DNA of 42,231 nt. Source: an uncultured Candidatus Saccharibacteria bacterium (lineage in GTDB: Bacteria; Patescibacteriota; Saccharimonadia; Saccharimonadales; UBA7683). This document shows positions 9,965 through 19,604 of this stretch, in pieces. The notes beneath the pieces are model-generated. The model made no database searches, was not told the origin of the DNA, and saw nothing but the letters and a program-made list of their open reading frames with translations. The position numbers and the translations under genes are program-made. The stretch's first letter is position 1, and every line of letters begins with the position of its first letter. The stretch is taken from NCBI GenBank assembly GCA_964448015.1, contig CAYUUV010000003.1, positions 1 to 42,231 on the forward strand, written 5' to 3'.

Positions 9965-11464
9965 ATGAGGAAATTGAATACAACGACCAGCAATAAGGAT
10001 GGTTTCACTATCCCAGAGGTTCTCATGGGGGTGATTGTTTTAACTGTTGTGTCAGTAGCGGTGATGAGCGCCTACTATGCGCTTATCAGTGCGGCTGCAT
10101 CGGCGCGTATGCGCTCTGCCGCCCTTGGTATTGCAACCGAGCAACTTGAGTATCTGCGGTCGCTCCCTTATGATTACCTTGCCTTGCAAGGTGGTTCTAT
10201 TAACTCAAGTGGTCCAAAACTTCCTGCAACCTTCGAACGGCAGAGCGGAGCTTACACATTTGTTGCGACTACGAATATTCAATATATTGACGATGCTTTT
10301 GATGGCTGCTTAACATATCCCGCCTCTCAAAGCTACTTATGTCGAAATGGCCCGCCAAAAAGTGGTCTACCCGTTGACACTAATCCGCGTGACTATAAAT
10401 TAGCTGATGTAACCATACGTGAGAAACGTTCGGGAAAAGAGGTCGCAAAGGTGAGCACGCAAATTTCGGCCAGGGTAGCAGAGACTGCCGGTAACACGGG
10501 GGCACTACTGGTAACCGTTACGTCCAGTAGTGGCGAGCCAATAGCGGGTGCTACGGTTACCGTGACGAACAGTACCTTATCGCCTAACGTCTTGCAGTCT
10601 AATACAACAGACTCTAATGGCGTTGCTATTTTTCTAGATGTTCCGCCCGACAGCGGAAAAGATTTTGTGATTAACGGGGCAAAGTCAGGCTACAGTAGTC
10701 TCAGTACGATTTCTGCCAGCGGCAGCCTTGTACCAACATATCCTAATGTCAGTGTACTGACCCAAACTGTAACGAATGCAACGTTGAGGATTGACGAACT
10801 AGCCGACGACAGTTTACGCATTCGTACTTTGACAGCCTCAACGGGTGCAATTATAGCTAATCAACAAGTTACCCTTAAGGGAGGGGTTAAACTCTACACC
10901 AATGCAGCAGATCAAACATACGGTTACTCGCAGACAATAACAACTGGCGCCTCGGGTGAAATTACCTTGCATAATTTAACTCCCGGACCGTACTTCTTGT
11001 GTTACGCGGCATCTCAAGTATGTTCATCGGGGGCGTATTTAGTTGTCAGCAACAGCGCCTATGGCGACAGTGTATTGCAGCCTATCATAATTCCGGCTGG
11101 TACAGTGAGTGAATCTGGCAGTGGACCGATGCAACTTGTTGACGCCTATATTTCAACAAGCAGCTCGCATGTTCGTCTCACTTCAATTGACCCAACCATA
11201 GTTTCGCAATCAGCAGATATATCAGCCGTGTCGATACGAATTAAGGGTGCGAATCTGTCGGGTTCAGTAGTTACATTGCGCCAGGGTTCGACCACTCTAG
11301 TAACTACTGTAACTGGCGTTGATCAGTCATCACAAATTCAGCGTACGGTGAACCTTTCTGGTCAATCAGGCGTTTGGGATGTGGTTGTGACCAATGGTGG
11401 CACGACGGCTGTTCAGTCCGGGGTTGCGCCCGGTACGATAGGGGGTCTTAATGTTACGCCGTAA
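9965..11464 (+). CDS. Large minor pilin-like protein with Ig/carboxypeptidase-regulatory-like repeats
   Basis: It has a prepilin-like N-terminus (KDGFTIPEVLMGVIVL). Repeated GxxIxGATVTVTN / TTDSNGVAIF motifs resemble CarboxypepD_reg-type beta-sandwiches. Confidence 0.75.
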   Translation: MRKLNTTTSNKDGFTIPEVLMGVIVLTVVSVAVMSAYYALISAAASARMRSAALGIATEQLEYLRSLPYDYLALQGGSINSSGPKLPATFERQSGAYTFVATTNIQYIDDAFDGCLTYPASQSYLCRNGPPKSGLPVDTNPRDYKLADVTIREKRSGKEVAKVSTQISARVAETAGNTGALLVTVTSSSGEPIAGATVTVTNSTLSPNVLQSNTTDSNGVAIFLDVPPDSGKDFVINGAKSGYSSLSTISASGSLVPTYPNVSVLTQTVTNATLRIDELADDSLRIRTLTASTGAIIANQQVTLKGGVKLYTNAADQTYGYSQTITTGASGEITLHNLTPGPYFLCYAASQVCSSGAYLVVSNSAYGDSVLQPIIIPAGTVSESGSGPMQLVDAYISTSSSHVRLTSIDPTIVSQSADISAVSIRIKGANLSGSVVTLRQGSTTLVTTVTGVDQSSQIQRTVNLSGQSGVWDVVVTNGGTTAVQSGVAPGTIGGLNVTP

Positions 11465-12047
11465 GTTACAAAACGGTGCTGGTTTTACGGTCGGCGAGTT
11501 GCTTGTTACGATTGTGCTTACCTCAGGTGTCTTACTGACGTTCAGTATGTTTTTTGCCGATAATTTTCAAGGATATCTTAATCTACAAGCAAGCACGGTG
11601 CGATCGAATGAAATCAGTAGTGCTCTCCAGCGGATGACGCGGGTGATACGTGGTATGCAATCTATTTCTGATGCTCAGGAAGATAGCTTAACTGGCTATG
11701 CATATTTCACACCGCGTGATTCAACATTGTCCAAGGTTAGATACTTTTATGAGTCAGGATCGCAGAATTTAAAAGTTGGCGTTATACCCGCAAGCGGCTC
11801 GGCTCCTAACTACACCTATAACGCTCAAGATGAACAAATTAGTACAATTGCCAGCGATATATCAGGTGATTCAGAAATTTTCCGTTATGTTGATAGCGAT
11901 AATGAAGAATCTGAATTTACGTCCGAAACCTATAAAGATATTAGAGCAGTCAAGATTGTGCTCAATGGTTTGGCAGTCAGTGAACGGCAGAGTCCGGTCA
12001 ACTTGCAGACAACGGTTACGCTGCGCAACAGAAAGACTAACTTATGA
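11451..12047 (+). CDS. Minor pilin-like protein
   Basis: The N-terminus is NGAGFTVGELLVTIVL (G/F cleavage motif, Glu at +5). It overlaps the upstream gene by 14 nt and forms an ATGA overlap downstream. Confidence 0.7.
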   Translation: MLRRKLQNGAGFTVGELLVTIVLTSGVLLTFSMFFADNFQGYLNLQASTVRSNEISSALQRMTRVIRGMQSISDAQEDSLTGYAYFTPRDSTLSKVRYFYESGSQNLKVGVIPASGSAPNYTYNAQDEQISTIASDISGDSEIFRYVDSDNEESEFTSETYKDIRAVKIVLNGLAVSERQSPVNLQTTVTLRNRKTNL

Positions 12048-13570
12048 TCAAGCTACTTCGTAAAATTTCCAAGAATCACAGTGGTTTTATTATACCAACC
12101 GTACTCATGGTGATTGTTGTATTTAGTATTCTCATGATTGGCGTAGCGAGTGTTATTAATGTAACGCTAGGGGATGCTGCTCGTAATCAATCGAGCCAGA
12201 TGGCGCTCAATATAGCTGAGGCCGGTGTCAACTATTATTTGTGGCATGTCAGTCATGATAATGCGGACTATAAAGACGGGCAAACAACTCCGAGTACACC
12301 AGTAGCTAATCTTGGGTACGGACCATATGTGCATAGCTACCGTGATGGTAGTGGTAATGTTGTAGGGACGTTCACTTTATACATTAGTCCTGGTACAGCT
12401 GGTTCAAATGTAATCACTGTTCGCTCAACCGGAAAAATGAACGGCTCAAGAAGCCCTTCAAGAACGGTGCAGGCGAGAATTGGCGCACCGTCATTTTCTA
12501 CCTATGCGGTCGTTAGTAATTCTCAACTTTGGTTCGGTGACACCGAAATAGCTGACGGGCCCGTACATTCAAATGTTGGTGTAAAAATGGATGGACCGAA
12601 TAATAGCGATGTCACAAGTTCTAATGCTACCTATGTACCAACCAATAGTGGTCCTGGATCGGGTTCTAGCAAACCCGGAGTTTGGTGTGATCCTAATATT
12701 ACCAATCCAAACTGTGCAACTCGTTCAAAAGTTAGTTGGCGATACCCCGTTCCAAGTGTTGATTTTAATAAAGTAACAACAGATCTATGTCAGCTTAAGA
12801 AGACAGCAACAAACAATCAGGCGGCAAACTCATGTTCACAGCGGCCTGCTCGTACCGCAGGTTATATACCGCCCCGTACAACTGCGTATAACAGGGCTTA
12901 CGGCTACCTCATAACTCTCAACACCAACGGAACCTATAACGTGAGTAGTGTGAGTGCAGAAAATGATACGCGAGCAAACTATAGCAGTGCATTAACATCA
13001 AGCGTTGTAGCCACGAATGTGGCAATTCCTTCAAACGGTATTATTTTTGTGGAAGATAATGTTTGGGTCCGATCAGAATCGGGAGGCTTCGACGGAAGGG
13101 TTACTATAGCTTCTGCTCGCTTGGCAGTATCTGGTCAAACCACCATTTCAATTGTCGACAACATGAAATATAAATCTCAGTATTCTGGTGGTGATGCAAT
13201 CGGATTGATAGCAGAAAGTAATATAGATATTGCCCCGTACGTCCCTGTTCCATTAACGGTTCACGGCGCAATGATTGCCCAGGGTGGTCGTGTACAGTTC
13301 CGACCAGAATATTACACAAACTCTCAGGCGACGGTAGGGTATGTTAATGAATCACAACGCCTCAACTTTTTTGGTGCGGTTGCTTCACAAGAACAGTGGA
13401 CGTGGTCATGGCTACGTTGTGGTAGCACTAATTCACCATCGTGCTGGAGTGGATTTCGGTACAATGAAACCAAGTATGATGAAAATCTACGCTACGCACC
13501 CCCACCCAACTTCCCAGTTACGAGTACCTACGATATTCTTGAATGGCGTGAAGTGCTAACGGCGGCTTAA
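12044..13570 (+). CDS. Large PilX-like minor pilin / pilus tip-associated protein
   Basis: It has an N-terminal hydrophobic pilin-like helix (HSGFIIPTVLMVIVVFSIL) that lacks Glu at +5. The AEAGVNYYLWH segment is typical of PilX-type proteins. Confidence 0.65.
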   Translation: MIKLLRKISKNHSGFIIPTVLMVIVVFSILMIGVASVINVTLGDAARNQSSQMALNIAEAGVNYYLWHVSHDNADYKDGQTTPSTPVANLGYGPYVHSYRDGSGNVVGTFTLYISPGTAGSNVITVRSTGKMNGSRSPSRTVQARIGAPSFSTYAVVSNSQLWFGDTEIADGPVHSNVGVKMDGPNNSDVTSSNATYVPTNSGPGSGSSKPGVWCDPNITNPNCATRSKVSWRYPVPSVDFNKVTTDLCQLKKTATNNQAANSCSQRPARTAGYIPPRTTAYNRAYGYLITLNTNGTYNVSSVSAENDTRANYSSALTSSVVATNVAIPSNGIIFVEDNVWVRSESGGFDGRVTIASARLAVSGQTTISIVDNMKYKSQYSGGDAIGLIAESNIDIAPYVPVPLTVHGAMIAQGGRVQFRPEYYTNSQATVGYVNESQRLNFFGAVASQEQWTWSWLRCGSTNSPSCWSGFRYNETKYDENLRYAPPPNFPVTSTYDILEWREVLTAA

Positions 13571-13636
13571 TATTTTTCGAGTACGGCCCTCTTGGTGGTT
13601 GCATCTTACACCTAAAACAGTTATGCTTATAGCAAA

Positions 13637-14710
13637 ATGAAGACGCGATTGTTTTACCATAAAAAACCTATGTTCGGTCTTGATATCGGGTCGCAGACTG
13701 TTAAGTTTTTGCAGCTTGAAGTACATGGACGTAAGGCGCAGGTTTGTGCGTACGGTAGTGTTGCTACCGATGAGAAGATTATGAAAGACGGGGTGATTGT
13801 TAATATTCCAAAGGCAGCAGAGCAGGTGGATTCCCTGCTTGCGGAACATGCCGAAGGTACACTGACCACTAATCGTGTTGTTATGAGTATTCCAGTGGCG
13901 CATGTATTTACCAGGGTTCTCACTCTGCCAACAATGTCAAAAAAAGAACTCGATAATGCCGTACAGTTAGAGGTTGAACAATCGGTTCCGGTGCCGTCAA
14001 AAGACTTGTATTACGACTACGAGGTTATGGAAACAAGTGACTCAGAAAATATGCTGGTGCGTATGGTGGCGTCACCGCGGCAGATTGTCGATTCGTACGT
14101 TAGCGTTTGCGATCTACTGGGTCTCGACCTTGCATTAGTGCAAACAAATATTCGAGCCGATGCACAACTCTGTATGTTGTACGAAGATATGATACCTGGA
14201 AGCCCGTATATTATTGTGGATGTTGGTGGTGATTCAATTGATGTCGGTATTTTAGACGAAACACTGCGTGTAACGGGTACCGTAGAAGAAGGCGGCAACA
14301 GCTTGACCGAGGCAATTGCTCAGCAGCTACATATTTCACACGCCAAAGCTCAGAGTGCAAAAGTAACCAAAGGTATTGCAGCTGGGCCGCAACAAGAAAA
14401 AATTAAAGCTGCCGTTTCACCAATACTCGACAAAGTGATAGTAGAGATAAAGCGAATGATTCGTTTTTACGAAGAACGTATTCAGGACGGAGCAGAGATT
14501 TCTCAAATTCTGATTGTGGGTGGTGGCGCCAATATGCCTGGGCTTGGCGATTATCTTACTGACGCTACGCACATTGCTACTCGGGTATCATCACCTTGGG
14601 GCAATCATATTTCTTTTGGTAAGTTGGAGCCGCCAGAGCATGCAGATTTACCACGCTTTTTGACCTGCGCTGGCCTTGCGTTGGCTCCTGATGAGGAGGT
14701 GGCTGGCTGA
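13637..14710 (+). CDS. pilM: Type IV pilus assembly protein PilM (actin-like ATPase fold)
   Basis: Motifs FGLDIGSQTVKFLQL, IIVDVGGDSIDVGIL and ILIVGGGANMPGL are present. Confidence 0.9.
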   Translation: MKTRLFYHKKPMFGLDIGSQTVKFLQLEVHGRKAQVCAYGSVATDEKIMKDGVIVNIPKAAEQVDSLLAEHAEGTLTTNRVVMSIPVAHVFTRVLTLPTMSKKELDNAVQLEVEQSVPVPSKDLYYDYEVMETSDSENMLVRMVASPRQIVDSYVSVCDLLGLDLALVQTNIRADAQLCMLYEDMIPGSPYIIVDVGGDSIDVGILDETLRVTGTVEEGGNSLTEAIAQQLHISHAKAQSAKVTKGIAAGPQQEKIKAAVSPILDKVIVEIKRMIRFYEERIQDGAEISQILIVGGGANMPGLGDYLTDATHIATRVSSPWGNHISFGKLEPPEHADLPRFLTCAGLALAPDEEVAG

Positions 14711-15339
14711 TGATTAATCTACTTCCTCCCGGTCGCGTACTTAATATTCGGCTTGCTCGAAATAATACGATCTTACGACGCTACGTCGAACTTATTCTTG
14801 TCGGATCATTGGTACTACTGGCCGCAATACTGGTAGCTCGTTATTTCTTTAGTGCACAAAATGCTAATATTCAACACACGGTTGATTTAAATGATGCAAA
14901 AATTGCAAGTCTGCAACCGGTGCAAAAACAGGCTGAAGAACTTTCGGCTACGGTAAATACGATTTCTGGTCTCCTGTCTCGCAATGTAAAGTTTTCAGAC
15001 ATGTTAACGCAGATTGGTGGAATAATGCCACCAGGCTCTGTTTTGACAGGACTGAAGTTTTCGCTGGAAGACGTAGAAGCACCACTTGTAGTCAGCGCAC
15101 AGGTAGATAACGAACAGAAGGCGGCCGTACTGAGAAATAACTTAGCTGCCTCGAGTCTTTTTGAGAAAGCTGAAATCAAGAACATTACAAAAATAGAAGA
15201 TGAAACAACCACAGCGACCCCAACAAGTCCGACCGCCGGGTCATCAGCAGTAAGCACACCTGAACCTGTTAGTCCTTATAAATTTACCACCATTATTAAT
15301 GCTTACTTTAAGCCTGGAATTCTTGGAGGTACACAATGA
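14710..15339 (+). CDS. pilN: Type IV pilus assembly protein PilN
   Basis: The N-terminal INLLP motif (MINLLPPGR) is followed by a single TM helix. The start overlaps the pilM stop (TGATG). Confidence 0.8.
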   Translation: MINLLPPGRVLNIRLARNNTILRRYVELILVGSLVLLAAILVARYFFSAQNANIQHTVDLNDAKIASLQPVQKQAEELSATVNTISGLLSRNVKFSDMLTQIGGIMPPGSVLTGLKFSLEDVEAPLVVSAQVDNEQKAAVLRNNLAASSLFEKAEIKNITKIEDETTTATPTSPTAGSSAVSTPEPVSPYKFTTIINAYFKPGILGGTQ

Positions 15340-15950
15340 CTCCTCGACGAATGAACCACGTGCTGAAAATAACGATCTTGCTGCTTGTAATTGGAGTTGC
15401 CGGAGGAATCTATTTTGCGGATAAACAGTTGAAATCTATAGCTACTGACACCGCAAAGTTAAGGGCCCAGGTTGAAATTGGCAACAAACAACTTAGCACC
15501 TACCAGGCCACAAAACAGAAAGTTGATTCCCTGAGCTACGTTCAGGGGTTGGCTGGAAAAGTGTTGCCAGAAGAGCAAGAGCAATCTTTGACTGTGGCAG
15601 AAATTTCACAATTTGCGCTCCGTGCGCGTTTAGCAGTTGAAGATATTACCTTTGTTGATACAACAGAAACAACAACTGCCAAGACCAAGTCGACCGATAA
15701 GAAGGCTAAATCTACCATTCCAAAAGGTGTGTCAGTGATTCCAATGTCGATAAAATTTCAAGATGGCTCCCGCTACGATTACCTACTAGAATTTCTAAAA
15801 TCAGTTGAAGACAACCGAAGGAAGATGCAAGTCACCAATATTAGTTTGACACCAGATGCCGATAATCGAGCGCTCCTTAAAAGTATAACGGTTGAACTTA
15901 ACTTGTATGTTCGTTCGCAAGAAAAGGCTACGGAGAAGAAAAGTGAATAA
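15336..15950 (+). CDS. pilO: Type IV pilus assembly protein PilO-like
   Basis: It has a single N-terminal TM helix, a coiled-coil and a C-terminal alpha/beta region. Its position after pilN and the ATGA overlap support the call. Confidence 0.7.
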   Translation: MTPRRMNHVLKITILLLVIGVAGGIYFADKQLKSIATDTAKLRAQVEIGNKQLSTYQATKQKVDSLSYVQGLAGKVLPEEQEQSLTVAEISQFALRARLAVEDITFVDTTETTTAKTKSTDKKAKSTIPKGVSVIPMSIKFQDGSRYDYLLEFLKSVEDNRRKMQVTNISLTPDADNRALLKSITVELNLYVRSQEKATEKKSE

Positions 15951-16233
15951 GTTTGAAACCTATCGATATCGACTGAAAAAACTCTTTCGGGTGCATCAAT
16001 CATTCGTTATTTTATTACTTGTGCTGGTGGTGTTGGTGGCGGTTTTTTACCGCGTTAAGTCCCTCAATGATTTACCGATAGACCAGGCATATATGAATCA
16101 GGAGATGCAAAAATTAAAAGCCGTTAAGTTTAATGATCAAGCAATTGAGCAAATTAAAGCCTTGCGTGATAGTAATGTTGCCACCCCTGGAACAGATTTG
16201 CCAAAGAATCGCCAGAATCCTTTTGCTGAATAA
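15943..16233 (+). CDS. Small single-TM protein ending the pilus operon
   Basis: The GTG start overlaps the pilO stop. The TM helix is FVILLLVLVVLVAVFY. The stop abuts the tsaE ATG. Confidence 0.45.
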   Translation: MNKFETYRYRLKKLFRVHQSFVILLLVLVVLVAVFYRVKSLNDLPIDQAYMNQEMQKLKAVKFNDQAIEQIKALRDSNVATPGTDLPKNRQNPFAE

Positions 16234-16746
16234 ATGTATAGATCGTGGGTTGAGGGTGTGTATACTGGTGGTATGAATTCACAGGTCTATACATGTGGCA
16301 GTGTGGCAGAAACTGTCGCACTCGGTAAAAATATTGGTGCAAACTTACGCGGTGGTGAGGTGTTTGAACTTGTGAGTGATCTTGGTGGCGGTAAGACAAC
16401 TTTTGTGCGTGGCCTTGCGGACGGCTTTGGCTCGCCCGATGCTGTTGCGAGCCCGAGTTTCACCATTAGTTACGTGTATGGGCGTCCTGATGGCAAGAAT
16501 TTTTATCATTTTGATTTTTACCGTCTTGAAGATGCAGGGATTGTCGGTAATGAACTGGCAGAGGTTGAAGAAGATGAAGATGCGGTAGTGGCGGTTGAGT
16601 GGGGTGATGTGGTGCACGACATTCTACCGATTAATCGAATTATGATTTCAATTGCGGCACTTGACGACAACGAGCGGCAAATGACCTTCAGCTACACCGA
16701 TGAATTTAAGTATTTGTTTGCACATATCTCTCCACCTTCCTCGTGA
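16234..16746 (+). CDS. tsaE: tRNA t6A37 biosynthesis ATPase TsaE
   Basis: The P-loop is [22 protein letters not shown]. The SPSFTI and HFDFYRL motifs are also present. Confidence 0.85.
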   Translation: MYRSWVEGVYTGGMNSQVYTCGSVAETVALGKNIGANLRGGEVFELVSDLGGGKTTFVRGLADGFGSPDAVASPSFTISYVYGRPDGKNFYHFDFYRLEDAGIVGNELAEVEEDEDAVVAVEWGDVVHDILPINRIMISIAALDDNERQMTFSYTDEFKYLFAHISPPSS

Positions 16747-17005
16747 ATATACAAGAGTTCAAAGAGCGATGTGCCACTATCTGACTCACCCCCATTTTTT
16801 TGTTTTCTCCGATTTCGTACTTTTTGTCATATCGAATCCTCACCTTTTGCCATCTCGAATGTAATCGAGAGATCTGCTGGCAAGTGCAACAAACTCTCTC
16901 AATTGCACTCAATATCACGGGCAGGAGTTTATTTTTTAGAGCTGAAAAGTGTATGTGGGTTAGTGCCGCTATATTGTGTAATCACTTTCATATATACTTG
17001 TTCAC

Positions 17006-17398
17006 ATGATTCTTGCACTCCGTACCGACAAGCCCGAAGCAGAGCTGTATCTGTATGACGCCACGCATCAGTTGTGTGATTCATACAGCTGGCAGGCGCA
17101 TCGAGAACTTTCAACCACACTACTCGAAAAAATCGAGGCACTTTTACAAGCTTACTCGCTGGGTCAAGCAGATATAAAAGGACTTATTGTGTACGAAGGT
17201 CCCGGTTCTTTCACGGGTTTACGTATTGGTATCACGGTGGCCAATACCCTTGCCTACGCTTGGAAAGTCCCCATTGTGGGTAGCACTGGAGAGCAGTGGC
17301 AAGCTGACGGTTTACCGCAACTTTCGAATCAACAGGAGGGGGTAATTGTGATGCCGCACTATGGTAGCGAGGCGCATATTACGGAACCGCGTAAATAA
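17006..17398 (+). CDS. tsaB: Short TsaB (YeaZ) homologue
   Basis: MILALRTD... and GPGSFTGLRIGITVANTLA match the TsaB N-terminal ASKHA subdomain. It is only 130 aa, against about 230 aa for E. coli YeaZ. Confidence 0.75.
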   Translation: MILALRTDKPEAELYLYDATHQLCDSYSWQAHRELSTTLLEKIEALLQAYSLGQADIKGLIVYEGPGSFTGLRIGITVANTLAYAWKVPIVGSTGEQWQADGLPQLSNQQEGVIVMPHYGSEAHITEPRK

Positions 17399-17414
17399 CA
17401 TCTTCATAAAAAAC

Positions 17415-17442
17415 TTGATTTTATTACAACAGCTTGTAGAAT
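17415..17442 (+). promoter_or_regulatory. Candidate sigma70-type promoter for the S8 protease gene
   Basis: TTGATT (17415-17420), a 16-nt spacer, then TAGAAT (17437-17442). Confidence 0.45.
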
Positions 17443-17480
17443 AAGTGGTATAGGTACAAAAACAAAAAGGAAAATATAAA

Positions 17481-19523
17481 ATGAAAAAACGAACTCAAAG
17501 GTTTCGTACAGGCAGGTATTTACTGAATCTGGCGCTGATCGCCGTTTTAATTGCTCAGTCAGTAACAATTTTTAATCCCGTTACTTCACGGGCGTCGTCG
17601 CGTCCGAGTGGCGGTATGCAGCGGTTCATTGTGCGTTATAAGGGTAAATCTGTCGCACCGCAACGCGGCCTTACACTACAAACACAGCAACAGCAGCTTG
17701 ATGATCGTTCGAGTTGGCTAACGGGACAGCTGAGTAATGCCAGCGGTTACATTCGAGTTACCAATCGCCTGTCGCATTTACCTTTTGTTATTGTTGAAGC
17801 AGACGCCGCGGGCGAACAGTCGTTACGGGCTAACCCTAATATCGTCAGCATCTTCAAAGACAAGTCAATGAAGTCATCAGCAACTAATTTTGTTGCGATT
17901 CCTGATGATATTGGCGGTACGGCAGACGAAGGTTTTAGTGATGGCACCAATGATTTTACCGGTGAAGGCTACGCAGTGGCGGTTATTGATTCAGGTGTTC
18001 ATTCGTCCCTGCCCCAGTTTACAGATAAAATTGTCAGTGAAGCCTGCTATAGCCATACAGCTGACTACCCAGACGCAGTGGTTACCAGTGTGTGTCCTGG
18101 TGGCGCAACCTCCTCAACTGCCGAAGGGGCTGCCGAGGCAGGTGTTTGCACCGACGTGAATGATTTAGGCTGTTGGCATGGTACTGCGGTTTCAGCAACT
18201 GCCGTAGGTTTGCCTGAAGCAAAGACGATTGCATCTGAAGCAGTTGATCTTTCTGGCGTTGCAAAGGGCGCACAGTTAATTGCTATTCGGAACAGAGTTA
18301 ATGTCCAAGAAATAGCTGGTCAGGAGGACTGGTGCGATGATGAAGAAGACGAGGAACAGAGCTGCGAAATATCTTACGTGAGCGGTATACTTGAGGGGCT
18401 CAACCGGGTTGTGGCCCTAGCCTCTGATCCAAGCTTCACCACACCAATTGCTGCGGTGAATATTAGCCAAGTTCTCACCTCGGAGCCGGTGCAATCCAAC
18501 CAAGAAACCTGTGATCAGCTTGAATTCAGCACTTCTATCAACCTGGTTTCAGAAACCTTACTGCAACACAACATTGCAGTTGTCGCAGCGGCGGGTAATG
18601 ACGGTGAAATATCTGGGAATGAAGATGGTATTTATTCGCCGGCATGTGCCACGAACGTTGTTGCTGTCGGTGCCTCTACTAAGAATGGCCATATGACTTC
18701 ATACAGCAATGCCGGTGAGCTGCTGGACATTGTTTCACTAGGGGGTGAGCTTGATGGTGACCACGAAGACGGCGGTATAGCTGTTCCAACCAGCATTACG
18801 AGCCAATCATGGTTAGGTGCTACCGGCACATCATTTGCAGCTCCGCAGGTGGCGGGAGCGTATGCGGTTATGCGTGAAAAAAACCCAACACTTTCTACGC
18901 AGACCATCCTGCAATTATTACAAGAATCTGGTGCTGAAATTACTGAAGACAGAGCCGAGTACACTGAAATCACTCATAAAGAACTTGATCTTGCGACCGC
19001 ACTTGCTGCTAGTGATGATATGCCAAACATTACTACCTTTAGTGGCCCATCAGGTAGTGTTGCTGCCGGGTCTACTATCTCACTAACAGTTGAGGCCGAG
19101 AATGCAACACACTGTGTTGTTGGAACAAATGGCACAGCAGGTTCACCGTTCGCACTAACTAGTGGCAGTGCTACCACTAGTGTGACTGTGCCAACAGATG
19201 GTAATTCGGTCAGTTATCTCACCGCTTGTTATGACGATGAAGCTGCAGACTATGCTGCGCAGTCATTAATCACGTTTGCAATTGCTGGTGGCAATACTAA
19301 TGAGCCGCCATCACAAACGCCAAGTGGACCACAAACGCCAGGTGGACCCGGTGGTGCAGGTGGTATTAGTGACGATGCGGCTGTCGCAGACGATCAATGG
19401 GTTCCTGGTACACCGCAGTCTGGCGTAACAGCAGCACAGCGAATACAGGCTGTGGTGATTGCAAGTTGCTGCTTGGCGATGCTACTGTTATTCAACAAAT
19501 CACAGCTCATACGTACAAGGTAA
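17481..19523 (+). CDS. Secreted subtilisin-like (S8) serine peptidase with C-terminal sorting-signal-like tail
   Basis: It has a signal peptide and a complete catalytic triad: D in AVAVIDSGV, H in GCWHGTAVS, and S in GTSFAAPQVAG. The C-terminus is VPGTPQSG followed by a hydrophobic helix and KSQLIRTR. Confidence 0.9.
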   Translation: MKKRTQRFRTGRYLLNLALIAVLIAQSVTIFNPVTSRASSRPSGGMQRFIVRYKGKSVAPQRGLTLQTQQQQLDDRSSWLTGQLSNASGYIRVTNRLSHLPFVIVEADAAGEQSLRANPNIVSIFKDKSMKSSATNFVAIPDDIGGTADEGFSDGTNDFTGEGYAVAVIDSGVHSSLPQFTDKIVSEACYSHTADYPDAVVTSVCPGGATSSTAEGAAEAGVCTDVNDLGCWHGTAVSATAVGLPEAKTIASEAVDLSGVAKGAQLIAIRNRVNVQEIAGQEDWCDDEEDEEQSCEISYVSGILEGLNRVVALASDPSFTTPIAAVNISQVLTSEPVQSNQETCDQLEFSTSINLVSETLLQHNIAVVAAAGNDGEISGNEDGIYSPACATNVVAVGASTKNGHMTSYSNAGELLDIVSLGGELDGDHEDGGIAVPTSITSQSWLGATGTSFAAPQVAGAYAVMREKNPTLSTQTILQLLQESGAEITEDRAEYTEITHKELDLATALAASDDMPNITTFSGPSGSVAAGSTISLTVEAENATHCVVGTNGTAGSPFALTSGSATTSVTVPTDGNSVSYLTACYDDEAADYAAQSLITFAIAGGNTNEPPSQTPSGPQTPGGPGGAGGISDDAAVADDQWVPGTPQSGVTAAQRIQAVVIASCCLAMLLLFNKSQLIRTR

Positions 19524-19604
19524 GTAAAAGCAGTATTTCACTATTGCAATTTCTACAATCATTTATTACCATAAGCGTATAAAAGTTAAAAGAAAGAGAA
19601 AAGT

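Noticed and set aside
16771-17058. ORFs of 69-95 aa in the tsaE-tsaB gap on both strands.
   Set aside because: They overlap one another, lack RBSs and are rich in Phe/Ser/Cys from T-rich sequence. One of them runs into the tsaB start. They are more likely non-coding.
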